Assembly (NCBI GenBank): GCA_016193335.1
Contig: JACPSK010000001.1
Span: 422,962-486,961 of the forward strand
Direction of reading: 5' to 3'
Source: Candidatus Magasanikiibacteriota bacterium
Lineage (GTDB): Bacteria > Patescibacteriota > Patescibacteriia > Magasanikbacterales > UBA922
DNA: 64,000 nucleotides
This document shows positions 9,295-18,796 of the stretch, one piece after another. Within the stretch, counting starts at the first letter, position 1. Every line of letters starts with the position of its first letter. The translations under genes and the position numbers were made by a program. A model generated the notes under the pieces. The model was given only the letters and a program-made list of their open reading frames with translations, ran no database searches and was not told where the DNA came from.

Positions 9295-10491
9295 TTAACG
9301 CAAAGCTTCAATCCCCGGCAGTTTTTCGCCGGACAAAAACTCAAGCATCGCTCCTCCGCCCGTTGACACCAAATCAATATATTCTGTCATGCCCGCCATA
9401 TCCATACTTTGTAAAGTTTCACCACCGCCTATCACGCCATAGGCTTTACCTTTTGAACGGGAGGCAACGAGACGAGCTACGGCCAAAGTAGCCACATCAT
9501 AAGGCTTTTGTTCAAATACTCCCATGGCGCCGTTCCATACGAGAGTCTTGGCTTGTTTTATATAAGACGCGAAAAGACGAACGGTTTTCGGCCCCATATC
9601 AAAAATCGCTTCATTTTTTTTGCAGATCAGATGCGGCTTTTTCTCAATATCCACCACTCTAAAAGAACTGCCTCGCGGATTTCCCACCACCAGGTCCAGC
9701 GGCTTAATGACTTTTTTATTTTTGCCGTAAAGCATCGCCTTCCGCGCAAGGTCTTTCTGGACCAAAGAAGCTCCCACACCATAGCCGCGGGCGTATAAAT
9801 AGGTGTTTACCAAAGCTCCTCCGAGCAATATATTTGTTACCTGAGGCAAAAGATGTTTGATAACCGGAATTTTGGTCTCAAGTTTGGCTCCGCCCAACAC
9901 AAGCACAAAAGGTCTTTTTGGCCTTTTCATCACTTTTTCCAAGCCTCTTATTTCTTTTTCCAAAAGCAAACCGGCGTAAGACGGGAGAAAACGCGTGATT
10001 CCAAGCACCGAGGCCGCGGGACGATGAGCCACCGCAAAGCCGTCGAGCACAAATATGTCGGCCAGGCTTGCGAACAGCTCTGCCAATGACTTGTCATTTT
10101 TTTCTTCTCCAGAAGAAAAACGCGTATTTTCAAGCATGGCGATTTGAGAATCTTCCAGATGATTTATTTCAAAACGCACTTTATCCGCTCGCTTCTCAGA
10201 CCAGCTCCAATTTCCCGTATTTATATATTTCACGCCCTTGCCGAGCATAATGCCAAAATGTTCGGCCACCGGAGCAGTAGAAAATGATGGCACTATTTTG
10301 CCCCCCGGCCTGCCAATATGAGTAAGCAAAATAATCTTAGCTCCTTTTTCCATTAAATACTGAACTGTGGGTAAAGATGCTTGCAAACGAGAATGATCAA
10401 GCACTCGGTTCTTCAATAGAGGTACGTTAAAATCCACTCTCAGCAAAACGCGCTTTCCCTTCAATTTTTTTAAACTTTTGATGGATTTCAT
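9295..10491 (-). CDS. pgk: phosphoglycerate kinase
   Basis: VLLRVDFNVP…; full length. Confidence 0.95.
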   Translation of the reverse strand: MKSIKSLKKLKGKRVLLRVDFNVPLLKNRVLDHSRLQASLPTVQYLMEKGAKIILLTHIGRPGGKIVPSFSTAPVAEHFGIMLGKGVKYINTGNWSWSEKRADKVRFEINHLEDSQIAMLENTRFSSGEEKNDKSLAELFASLADIFVLDGFAVAHRPAASVLGITRFLPSYAGLLLEKEIRGLEKVMKRPKRPFVLVLGGAKLETKIPVIKHLLPQVTNILLGGALVNTYLYARGYGVGASLVQKDLARKAMLYGKNKKVIKPLDLVVGNPRGSSFRVVDIEKKPHLICKKNEAIFDMGPKTVRLFASYIKQAKTLVWNGAMGVFEQKPYDVATLAVARLVASRSKGKAYGVIGGGETLQSMDMAGMTEYIDLVSTGGGAMLEFLSGEKLPGIEALR

Positions 10492-10507
10492 AGCAGGAGT
10501 CTTTTCT

Positions 10508-11536
10508 TCACTTCTTTTTTAAAGTCTTCCCTACCTTTTCAGCCATCTCCACCAGACGGTTGGCATAGCCCCATTCATTGTCATACCAAGCCAATACTTT
10601 GACCAAATTTCCTCCGACTACAAGGGTAAATTCAGCGTCTACAATGGAAGAATGGGTGTTGCCGATAAAGTCGCTGGACACCAAAGGCTCGTTTGTAACA
10701 TCAAGTATGCCTTTTAAATATGTCCGAGACGCTTTATCCAGAACCATGTTAACTTGTTCTTTGGTCACCGTTTTCTTCAAGACAAACGTGAAATCAGTAA
10801 GAGAAACCGTAATGGTGGGAACTCGAACAGACAAGCCGTCGAATTTACCAACCAAACTGGGAATCACTTTCGCAGTGGCTTTTGCCGCTCCAGTGCTGGT
10901 CGGGACCATATTTTGTGCCGCGGCGCGAGCTCTTCTCAAATCTTTGTGTGGACCGTCTTGCAAGTTTTGGTCCGCGGTATAAGAATGAATCGTGGTCAGC
11001 ATTCCCTTTTCAATGCCGAAAGAACGCTCCATGACTTCGGCCACCGGAGCAGCCGAATTGGTGGTGCAGGAAGCATTGTCTATGATCAGTTCGTCTTTAT
11101 AAGATTCGCAATTTACTCCGCGCACGTAGGTCTTTACTCCTTCGCCTTTTGCCGGAGCGGAAATGATAACCCGCTTCGCGCCTGCCGCGAGGTGAGCGGC
11201 GGCTTTTTCTTTGCTGGTAAAAACTCCGGTTGATTCTACCACCACGTCAATGCCCAATTTCCCCCATGGTAATTTTGACGGCTCTTTTTCGGCCGATGTT
11301 TTGATTTTTTTACCATCAATAATGAGATGCTCTTCATCATACTCCACACGATGAGCAAAATCTTGATACGCGGTGTCATATTTCAAGAGGTGAGCCAAGG
11401 TACGAGTATCGGTCAAATCATTTATAGCCACCACTTGGATGCCCTTTTTCTCCCAAGCCACTTTGCAAGCATGCCGCCCGATCCTTCCGAATCCATTGAT
11501 TGCGATTTTAATCATAGAATTGTTTAAAAATGTCAA
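10508..11536 (-). CDS. gap: glyceraldehyde-3-phosphate dehydrogenase
   Basis: IKIAINGFGRIGR, SCTTN (catalytic Cys) and WYDNEWGY. The start may be the internal Met at 11515. Confidence 0.95.
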   Translation of the reverse strand: MTFLNNSMIKIAINGFGRIGRHACKVAWEKKGIQVVAINDLTDTRTLAHLLKYDTAYQDFAHRVEYDEEHLIIDGKKIKTSAEKEPSKLPWGKLGIDVVVESTGVFTSKEKAAAHLAAGAKRVIISAPAKGEGVKTYVRGVNCESYKDELIIDNASCTTNSAAPVAEVMERSFGIEKGMLTTIHSYTADQNLQDGPHKDLRRARAAAQNMVPTSTGAAKATAKVIPSLVGKFDGLSVRVPTITVSLTDFTFVLKKTVTKEQVNMVLDKASRTYLKGILDVTNEPLVSSDFIGNTHSSIVDAEFTLVVGGNLVKVLAWYDNEWGYANRLVEMAEKVGKTLKKK

Positions 11537-11626
11537 AACCAGTATACCAAATCATGAATATATAATTCAACAACAGACAGACCGGGCGCAATAGATATTA
11601 CAATTTTTAATTTATGATTTTTAATC

Positions 11627-11702
11627 AATTTTTATTCTCTTAATTTCTAATGACTAAATCCGCACGGTATCTTTCGGACAAGGATATTTTGTTTAGAGGA
11701 TC
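11627..11702 (+). repeat. intergenic repeat family copy C (more diverged)
   Basis: aatttttattctcttaatttctaatgac…ggtatctttcgg…gatattttgttt, followed by aaaattgtaaattaaaaatt. Confidence 0.5.
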
Positions 11703-11750
11703 AAAATTGTAAATTAAAAATTAAAAAAGAACGGGTTTACCCGTTCTTTT

Positions 11751-12398
11751 TTATTTCAGTTGTTCGGCGACTTCGGAGACAAAATCGCATGCCTGTTTTT
11801 CTATACCCTCGCCCAGCTCATAACGCACAAAGCGACGAATACTTATTTTCTCCCCTATTTCGACCGTTTTTTCTTGCAACAATTGTTCTATGGTTTTGTC
11901 TTCATCTTTTACGAATTTTTGTTCCAGAAGACAAATCTCCTGATACCATTTTGCCAGTTTTCCTTCAAGAATTTTTTCCAACATTTCCGCCGGTTTGCCT
12001 TCATTTTTGAGTTGTTCGCGATACACGTCTTTTTCTTTTTCGATTTCTTCGGCAGATACTTCTTCTCGAGAAAGATATTTTGGAGAAGACGCGGCTATAT
12101 GCATGGCAATGTCCTGAACCAAGGCGCTGAATTGTTCATTGCGGGCCACAAAATCCGTTTCGCTATTTACTTCCACGAGCACGCCTATTTTGCCGCCGGC
12201 ATGAATATAACTCGCCACTTTGCCTTCGGCCGCTATTTTGCCCGCGCGCTTGGCAGCTTTGGCTATGCCCTTTTTCCTAAGGATTTCTACCGCCTTTTCA
12301 AAATGGCCGTTTGCCTCGTCCAAAGCCTTTTTGCAATCGAGCATCCCTGCTCCGGTTTGAGTTCTAAGTCTGGAAATATCTGAAACCTGTGTAGACAT
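11751..12398 (-). CDS. tsf: elongation factor Ts
   Basis: SRLRTQTGAGMLDCKKAL…; the start is taken at MSTQVSDISRL. Confidence 0.9.
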   Translation of the reverse strand: MSTQVSDISRLRTQTGAGMLDCKKALDEANGHFEKAVEILRKKGIAKAAKRAGKIAAEGKVASYIHAGGKIGVLVEVNSETDFVARNEQFSALVQDIAMHIAASSPKYLSREEVSAEEIEKEKDVYREQLKNEGKPAEMLEKILEGKLAKWYQEICLLEQKFVKDEDKTIEQLLQEKTVEIGEKISIRRFVRYELGEGIEKQACDFVSEVAEQLK

Positions 12399-12569
12399 AA
12401 TAGAAATACGTATTAACCACTCCACGACAATCTGCGGCAGACTGGGGAGAGCCAAATTGAAAATTGTAATTTTTGAGAAAATTAAAGTCGCGATAAGCTA
12501 CAAAATCAGAAGCATGCGAAAACTCTATTTTCTCTCCCAAAAGACGAGACGAGGAAACGGGATTGAAAT

Positions 12570-13352
12570 TTATTGATCCGAAGCCACGGCAGCTTCAGAC
12601 GGCACGGGTTCGGCGATCTTCTTCTCTTCGACTTTAGAAGACTTGCCGCTTTGCTGTTGTTTCTTTTCCCATTCTTCTTTTCCGCGCTTCACCGCTCCGG
12701 CAACCAAATTCACCAACAAAGTAATGGATTTCACCGCGTCGTCATTGGCAGGAATGACATATTCCACTTTGTCCGGATTCGCGTTGCTGTCGCAGATACC
12801 TATAATGGGTACGCCCACGCGCCGCGCTTCTGCCAAGGTTGTTTTTTCTTTCTGAACCGCGGGGAGAAACAAAGCGTCCGGCATGCGTTCCAAAGTGGAA
12901 AGACCTTCCAAGTAGGAACTCATTTTCTCAACTTGACGCGCGATCTCCAACTGTTCTTTTTTTGTGTAGAGTTCAAAAGCTCCCTGAGCCTGCTTTTCTT
13001 TGAGATCATTGTATTTTCTGATCAGTTTTCTGATTTCAGAAAAATTGGTAAGCATGCCGCCCAGCCAACGATCCACGAGGTACGGCATGCCCACTTCAAT
13101 AGCCGCTTTTTTTACGATTTCTCGAGCCTGAGCTTTGGTGGAAACAAAAAGTATCTGTTTGCCTTCGGCAGCCATTTTTTCCACGACCGCGAGCACCTCT
13201 TTGAGCTGTTCCAAAGTTTTCTCTAAATTAATAATATGGACGCCGTTACGCTCCATATATATGTATGGTTTCATTTTCGGATGCCAACGAGATACCTGAT
13301 GCCCAAAATGGGCTCCGGCCTCGAGCATGTCCACGAGACTGGGAAGATTCAT
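12570..13352 (-). CDS. rpsB: 30S ribosomal protein S2 with a charged C-terminal tail
   Basis: MLEAGAHFGHQVSRW, then a C-terminal tail EEWEKKQQQSGKSSKVEEKK. Confidence 0.9.
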   Translation of the reverse strand: MNLPSLVDMLEAGAHFGHQVSRWHPKMKPYIYMERNGVHIINLEKTLEQLKEVLAVVEKMAAEGKQILFVSTKAQAREIVKKAAIEVGMPYLVDRWLGGMLTNFSEIRKLIRKYNDLKEKQAQGAFELYTKKEQLEIARQVEKMSSYLEGLSTLERMPDALFLPAVQKEKTTLAEARRVGVPIIGICDSNANPDKVEYVIPANDDAVKSITLLVNLVAGAVKRGKEEWEKKQQQSGKSSKVEEKKIAEPVPSEAAVASDQ

Positions 13353-13520
13353 AGAAAATATTTCCTTTATCCTCCTCCATCCTGCCCGCGCGCGTCTTGG
13401 CGCTTTGGGAGGAAATAAAATGGATAGAGTGAGGGATATAAATTAAGTATGCGCAAAGTGTATAGGATACTTAAAATTTTGTCAATGCTAATGTATCAAA
13501 ACTTGAATCTTAAAATTTCA

Positions 13521-13613
13521 CAAAAGAACTGTTTCAGGAGACTGCGGAGCGCGATCTGGCGCGAGCCTGAGCGAAAATTCAGCAGAATTTTACGCGTGCT
13601 CCTGAAACAGTTA
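13521..13613. repeat. perfect 14-bp inverted repeat (aactgtttcaggag / ctcctgaaacagtt) enclosing a 65-nt GC-rich loop
   Basis: Read directly from the sequence. It lies upstream of rpsB on the minus strand, adjacent to the GC island. Confidence 0.5.
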
Positions 13614-13662
13614 TTTTGTGAAATAAAATTTTAAAATAAATAAAAACACTTAGAAATGAAGA

Positions 13663-13700
13663 AGGACGGCCACGCATCTGCGCAACCGTCCTTCCAAGGG
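13663..13700 (-). terminator. candidate intrinsic terminator for the GC-rich gene
   Basis: On the minus strand: gaaggacgg…ccgtccttc (9-bp GC stem) followed by a U-rich tract. Confidence 0.35.
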
Positions 13701-13726
13701 TAGCTTCTGCCACCCTACTCCTTACT

Positions 13727-15322
13727 TCACTTCTTTTTGTTCTTACCACCACCCTTCTTCGGGTGGTCCTCCTTGGCCGGCGCCTCGGGCGCGGGGACCT
13801 GGTCCGAGGCCGTGGGCACCTCGACCTGATCGGCCGCGGCCTCCGCCACCTCGTCGGGGACGGACGGCATGGTCTCCGCGGCATCGGCCTCGGCCGTGGG
13901 CTCCGTGGCCAGGACGACCTCGGTGGCCGGCTCCGGCGCGACGGCCATGCCCTGGTCGGCCTTGGCCACCGCCTCGTCCTCGACGACCGACGTGGGCTCC
14001 GCCACAAGGTCAGCAGACGCGACCGGCACCGCCTTCGGCTCCCGCTTGGGCTCGGGGAGGCCGAGCTTCCGGCGGACCATGCGGTCCAGCTCGGTCGAGC
14101 TCATACCCCCCGCGGCCTTACGGAAGGCCTCGGCCACCGGTTCGACCCGATCATCCGCGGGGTTCTCCTGGTGGTGCTTGGCCTGGCGCTCGGCCGCGGC
14201 CTCCTTGAGGAGGCGCGTGACATCGAGGTTCCCGAGATCCGCGTCCTCGGGGAGAGCATCGACGATGCGCCTCGCCGACTTGTTGGCGGACTTGACGGTG
14301 GGCACGCCGCCCATCCTCACCAGCCGCTCCCCGATCTCATCCACGAGTCGCTTCTTCGCCATGCGACGCGTGCGCTTGGCCTCGTCGGCCTCGGCCAGCG
14401 CCAGGAGCTCGGCACGCTCGGCCTCGATCTCCTCGCGGCTCCGCGGCCGGGGCATGCTGAAGAGCATGGCCAGCTCGGGGAGCTTGCGGGCCTCCCGAGC
14501 GATATTCATCTTCTGCGGGTCATCGGCGCTGATCTCTCGGATCTGTTCCTTGGTCATCACGCCGTGAGCCCGGAAGACCCTCTCCAGCTTGTCGAGCAGA
14601 TTCTGGAGCGTCCGAACCCGCTCCCGGTAGAGGCCGACGGCCTCGCCGGTGAGGTTCGGCTGGTCCTTCCGGAGCATGCCCTGGAGCTTGCGCATGTGCA
14701 TCTCCGTGAGGATGACGAAACGCATACCCGCGGACCACTTGGCGTTCCGCCAGACCAAGTCCGGGAAGATCCCGGCCAGCTCGGTCCGCAGGGGGTGCCC
14801 CACCTCGATGGGCCCGCGCTCCGGCGGCGGGGCGACCACGCGGGCCGTCTGTCCGCCCTCGTCCGCCAGCATGGCCGTGCCGGCCTTCGAGTGGCCGTTG
14901 CCACCGACCTTGCCCTTGGGGGTCTCGACGGCGGGCGGCGGGGCCACGGGCGCGGGCTCGGCGGGCTCCTCGTCGTCCTCGAACAGGAAGGCCATGGCCG
15001 CGGCCTGGGCCGCCTTGGCCTCGGCGATCTGCGCCTCGACGCCGCGCTTCCACTTCGTGACCATGAGGCCGCGACCCTCGGGGGTCGCGAGGAGATCCTC
15101 GGCCTTCATCGCAGCCAGACCGCGGAGGATCCGCTCGGACTTGGCCTTCGCCGCCTCGTCCTTGGCCACGGCCTGTTCGGCCTTGGCCTTCGTCGTCTTC
15201 TCCTCGATCAGCTGGACCGCGGTGGCCAGCAGCTCCTCGTTCGTGGGCTCACGGACGGTCGTGCCGTCCGACGTGAAGAAACCCGACTCGGATGCCACAA
15301 CCGCCTGCGTCTCATCGCTCAT
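13727..15322 (-). CDS. hypothetical acidic Ala/Glu/Lys/Pro-rich protein (~533 aa) in a high-GC island; no family recognised
   Basis: Continuous minus-strand ORF with G/C at nearly every third codon position. The start is taken at MSDETQAVV, and the tail ends KKGGGKNKKK. The flanks are AT-rich. Confidence 0.55.
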   Translation of the reverse strand: MSDETQAVVASESGFFTSDGTTVREPTNEELLATAVQLIEEKTTKAKAEQAVAKDEAAKAKSERILRGLAAMKAEDLLATPEGRGLMVTKWKRGVEAQIAEAKAAQAAAMAFLFEDDEEPAEPAPVAPPPAVETPKGKVGGNGHSKAGTAMLADEGGQTARVVAPPPERGPIEVGHPLRTELAGIFPDLVWRNAKWSAGMRFVILTEMHMRKLQGMLRKDQPNLTGEAVGLYRERVRTLQNLLDKLERVFRAHGVMTKEQIREISADDPQKMNIAREARKLPELAMLFSMPRPRSREEIEAERAELLALAEADEAKRTRRMAKKRLVDEIGERLVRMGGVPTVKSANKSARRIVDALPEDADLGNLDVTRLLKEAAAERQAKHHQENPADDRVEPVAEAFRKAAGGMSSTELDRMVRRKLGLPEPKREPKAVPVASADLVAEPTSVVEDEAVAKADQGMAVAPEPATEVVLATEPTAEADAAETMPSVPDEVAEAAADQVEVPTASDQVPAPEAPAKEDHPKKGGGKNKKK

Positions 15323-15497
15323 GGTCGCAATCTCCAATCGAACGCCGATGCGTTCGATATCAAAAAAATTAAGAACACACTCAAAAGCCTCGCAAACCCA
15401 AGGTACGACCCCAAGAAAGCGTGACTCGAGCCAGAGACTATAGCGAATGATAATGAATTTGTCAAGTATAGGCCTCAACAGAGCGAAAAAATCGCCC

Positions 15498-15526
15498 TTG
15501 ACAGCGAAAAAGCCGAGTGTTATACT
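15498..15526 (+). promoter_or_regulatory. consensus sigma70 promoter TTGACA-17-TATACT
   Basis: TTGACA at 15498-15503, a 17-nt spacer, then TATACT at 15521-15526, ~40 nt upstream of the rpmE ATG. Confidence 0.6.
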
Positions 15527-15564
15527 GTTTTAACTTTACTTATCTAGAATTTTGCGAGCAAAGT

Positions 15565-15933
15565 ATGAAGCAAAATATCCATCCGAAATCTCACCCCGTG
15601 GTTTTTGTGGACAGCTCTTCTCATACGGAATTTATCACCACTTCCACTTTAAGTTCAGAAAAAACCAGAGACATAGACGGCCTCACTCATTTTGTAATCC
15701 CCATAGAAATTTCTTCTGCCTCTCATCCCTTTTTCACGGGCAAACAAATCTTGGTGGACACTGCCCGGCGCGTGGAAAAATTCAAAGAAAAAATGGAAAA
15801 AGCAGTAAAGGCTTCCGGCGAGCGCAAAGGCAAAAAAGTAAAACGAGTAGCCCGCGCCAAAAAACAAGGGGATAATGAAAATGAAATTGAAAAAAAGAAA
15901 ATAGAAGAAGTAAAAGCCAAAGAAACAAAATAG
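15565..15933 (+). CDS. rpmE: 50S ribosomal protein L31 (type B-like, no Cys motif) with a Lys-rich C-terminal extension
   Basis: MKQNIHPKSHPVVF…SHPFFTGKQ, then a KK-rich tail. The track ORF from 15517 starts inside the promoter. Confidence 0.8.
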   Translation: MKQNIHPKSHPVVFVDSSSHTEFITTSTLSSEKTRDIDGLTHFVIPIEISSASHPFFTGKQILVDTARRVEKFKEKMEKAVKASGERKGKKVKRVARAKKQGDNENEIEKKKIEEVKAKETK

Positions 15934-15946
15934 CTAAGCGCAATGA

Positions 15947-15976
15947 TAAAACAGGCTTCTTTGGCCTGTTTTTGAT
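15947..15976 (+). terminator. intrinsic terminator after rpmE
   Basis: aaaacaggc-ttctttg-gcctgttttt. Confidence 0.6.
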
Positions 15977-16113
15977 TTGAGAAATGAGCCACGCCTCTTG
16001 GACTTATTTTAAAAAATGGAATCTACAAAAATACAGAACAGAATCATAATCCTTGAGCCTCTCAAAGCTTTAGACGCGAGCGAGGTCTTCTCATTCACTT
16101 TAATGGATATCCT

Positions 16114-17184
16114 ATGAACCAAAAATATCAAGAATTAAAAAATAAATTCAAGGCACTCGAAACAGAGCTGCAAAATCCGGCTCTTGTTCGGGACGGCCAA
16201 AAAATGAAAGAACTGTCTCAAGAATTCAATGAATTAAAAATAATAATGGGAAAAATACAGGCCCTCGAAAAAACCGAGAATGACCTTTCTCAAACCGCAG
16301 AACTGCTGGAGCATGAAAGCGACGCTTCTCTCAAAGAACTGGCAGAACAAGAATTAAAAACACTCGAGGAAACACAAAATATCTTGGAACAAGAGCTCTC
16401 TGAACTCTGCCGCCCCAAAGATCCTCTGGACAAAAAAAATGTAATCATGGAAATCCGGGCCGGAGCCGGAGGAGACGAAGCGGCTCTCTTTGCCGGCGAT
16501 CTTCTGCGCATGTACCTGCGCTATGCTGAAAACAAAAAATGGAAAACAGCGCTTCTGAGTGAAAATCAAATCGGCATAGGAGGCTACAAAGAAGTGATTT
16601 TTTCCATGGAAGGAAGCAATGTATTCAAAGACATGAAGTATGAAATGGGCGTCCACCGCGTGCAACGCATACCGGAAACCGAAAAATCCGGACGCGTCCA
16701 CACCTCCACGGCGAGCGTGGCCGTGCTTCCTGAAATAGAGGAAACCGAATTTGAAATCAATCCCGGCGATCTGCGCATAGACACTTTTTGCGCGGGCGGG
16801 CATGGAGGCCAGAGCGTAAACACCACTCATAGCGCAGTGCGCATTACCCATATCCCCACAAACACAGTCGTGCAATGCCAGGATGAGCGATCTCAAACTC
16901 AAAACAAATTGAAGGCTATGAATGTTCTTAGAGCCCGTCTCTACGAAATGGAAAGAGAAAAACAAAAAACAGAGCTTGATCAAAAACGAAAAAGCCAAAT
17001 CGGAAACGGAGACCGAAGCGAAAAAATACGAACTTACAATATACCCCAAGACCGCATTACCGATCACCGGATCAAAGAGAGCTGGAATAATATTCAGACT
17101 ATTTTGAACGGGAATCTGGAAAATCTCATTGAAACTTTGAGGGCGGCGGATTATAAAGATCAAAGCGATTCAGTAGACGCATAA
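16114..17184 (+). CDS. prfA: peptide chain release factor 1
   Basis: A PET (PxT) tripeptide and GGQ in [22 protein letters not shown]. Confidence 0.9.
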   Translation: MNQKYQELKNKFKALETELQNPALVRDGQKMKELSQEFNELKIIMGKIQALEKTENDLSQTAELLEHESDASLKELAEQELKTLEETQNILEQELSELCRPKDPLDKKNVIMEIRAGAGGDEAALFAGDLLRMYLRYAENKKWKTALLSENQIGIGGYKEVIFSMEGSNVFKDMKYEMGVHRVQRIPETEKSGRVHTSTASVAVLPEIEETEFEINPGDLRIDTFCAGGHGGQSVNTTHSAVRITHIPTNTVVQCQDERSQTQNKLKAMNVLRARLYEMEREKQKTELDQKRKSQIGNGDRSEKIRTYNIPQDRITDHRIKESWNNIQTILNGNLENLIETLRAADYKDQSDSVDA

Positions 17185-17205
17185 GTATTCCATTGCTCCG
17201 TATTT

Positions 17206-18135
17206 ATGCAGACAATTCAAAAACTCTTAAACCGGACAGCGAAGCGCCAGACCGAAAGGCTGGACGCGGAATTGATACTTGCTCACAGTCTCGGCAAAAC
17301 AAGAGAATGGATTATCGCTCATCCTGAGCACGCGCCACCACTTCTGGAACGCTGGCGCTTCAAGAGAAATGTTTCAAAACGAATGCACGGCCTTCCTCTC
17401 GCGTATATCACCGGGTACAAAACATTTTTCGGGCTGAATTTCGTGGTAAACAAATACACACTCATCCCAAGGCCGGAAACAGAACTCCTCGTAGAAGAGA
17501 CCCTGAATATTATAAAAACTGAATCCAAAAACATTCCAAAAAAAAACACGCTTCTTATCGATATAGGCACAGGTTCAGGCTGTATTCCCATTTCTATACT
17601 AGAGTCCATCTCAAAAACCCTTGGCAATTCAGAAAACAATCAGCGCATAGCAACGATAGCCACCGATATTTCCGGAAAAGCGCTCAAAATCGCCAAAAAA
17701 AATCAAAAAAAACATGCAACAAAGATAAAATTCATAAAACAGAATCTCCTTCCACCCGCTTCCGTGCTGGTCTCTTATCTCAAAAAAACCGATCTGATCC
17801 TCATCACAGCCAATCTCCCCTACCTCAGCGAAGAACAATGGAACTCTGAATCTTCCATAAAATATGAACCGAAAGCCGCGCTCGTGGCTCCGGACCAAGG
17901 CTTGGGATTATACAAAAATTTGTTCCGGCAGATTGTCGATGTCATCCAAAAGGATGAAACAGAATTGAAACAAAAAAAAATCTATATACTCTGTGAAATT
18001 GGTCCCTGTCAATCGGCAAGACTCACGACATATATCAAAAAAATAATCAAAAACGCGGACATTAAGATAAAAAAAGATCTCTCCGGACTCGAGCGCTGCT
18101 TCATAATTCGGATTGACAAAAAGCTTTGTTTGTGA
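17206..18135 (+). CDS. prmC: release factor glutamine N5-methyltransferase (HemK/PrmC)
   Basis: DIGTGSGCI (SAM-binding) and NLPY (NPPY-type); immediately downstream of prfA. Confidence 0.85.
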   Translation: MQTIQKLLNRTAKRQTERLDAELILAHSLGKTREWIIAHPEHAPPLLERWRFKRNVSKRMHGLPLAYITGYKTFFGLNFVVNKYTLIPRPETELLVEETLNIIKTESKNIPKKNTLLIDIGTGSGCIPISILESISKTLGNSENNQRIATIATDISGKALKIAKKNQKKHATKIKFIKQNLLPPASVLVSYLKKTDLILITANLPYLSEEQWNSESSIKYEPKAALVAPDQGLGLYKNLFRQIVDVIQKDETELKQKKIYILCEIGPCQSARLTTYIKKIIKNADIKIKKDLSGLERCFIIRIDKKLCL

Positions 18136-18173
18136 TGAGATACCCCCATTCTTTTAAAACGTGAAAGAGTGGC

Positions 18174-18560
18174 GTGAACAAGTCAAGGAGTATATTAATG
18201 AAAGCGGACAAAAAAGGCGTTATGAGTCCCTTCGTGGACGAAGGACGCATAGAGACTTGGCTGGCCCAGGAAAATCCCTCCGACGGGTTGGCGCTAAAGC
18301 TGGCGAGAATTATTTCTCGCTGGCACATGGAAGAAGGAAGACCGCTCGAGGTGGTCCTCCAAGCCATGCGCGACTATGGCGCAAAACGTCTGAGCTGGGA
18401 CAGCCTGAAACTTCGCGAGAGTCTTGAGCTTCTCGCGAATACGGGGACGCTCCGGCTTTCGGTTGCTCAAATCGAGGCCTTGGTCCGGAATGCGGCCCGC
18501 CTTCAGTCCAAACATTTGACTCAGAGGTACTCCTCTGAACCGCGTCGTCCTCGATGCTAG
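18174..18560 (+). CDS. hypothetical small protein (moderately GC-enriched)
   Basis: ORF only. It is followed by an intrinsic terminator. Confidence 0.35.
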   Translation: MNKSRSILMKADKKGVMSPFVDEGRIETWLAQENPSDGLALKLARIISRWHMEEGRPLEVVLQAMRDYGAKRLSWDSLKLRESLELLANTGTLRLSVAQIEALVRNAARLQSKHLTQRYSSEPRRPRC

Positions 18561-18618
18561 CCCGCCGGACCGCAGTAGTCAGCTCCAACGCCACTACACT
18601 CTTTCGCGTTTTACAAAA

Positions 18619-18648
18619 AATCAAGGGTTTATAAGCCCTTGATTTTAA
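18619..18648 (+). terminator. intrinsic terminator
   Basis: atcaaggg-tttataa-gcccttgat followed by tttt. Confidence 0.55.
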
Positions 18649-18796
18649 AAATCCAAAAAAAATTCTGCTACAAGACCGCCAAAAAAGTATTATAAAAACT
18701 AAAACCTTTCCAAGAGATCCCCCACCGGGGAGAATACCACAGAACTGATTAATAAAAAGTAAAACGGTTAGAGAACAAGACAAATGTCAATAAAAT

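Noticed and set aside
13763-15424. Long plus-strand ORFs (13763..15424, 13869..14567, 14649..15443) and alternative minus frames (13579..14007, 14520..15053, 14557..14904) inside the high-GC island
   Set aside because: Arg/Gly/Pro-rich, stop-free frames are the expected artefact of high-GC DNA. Only the 13727..15322 minus frame has coherent codon usage, a defined start and a terminator.
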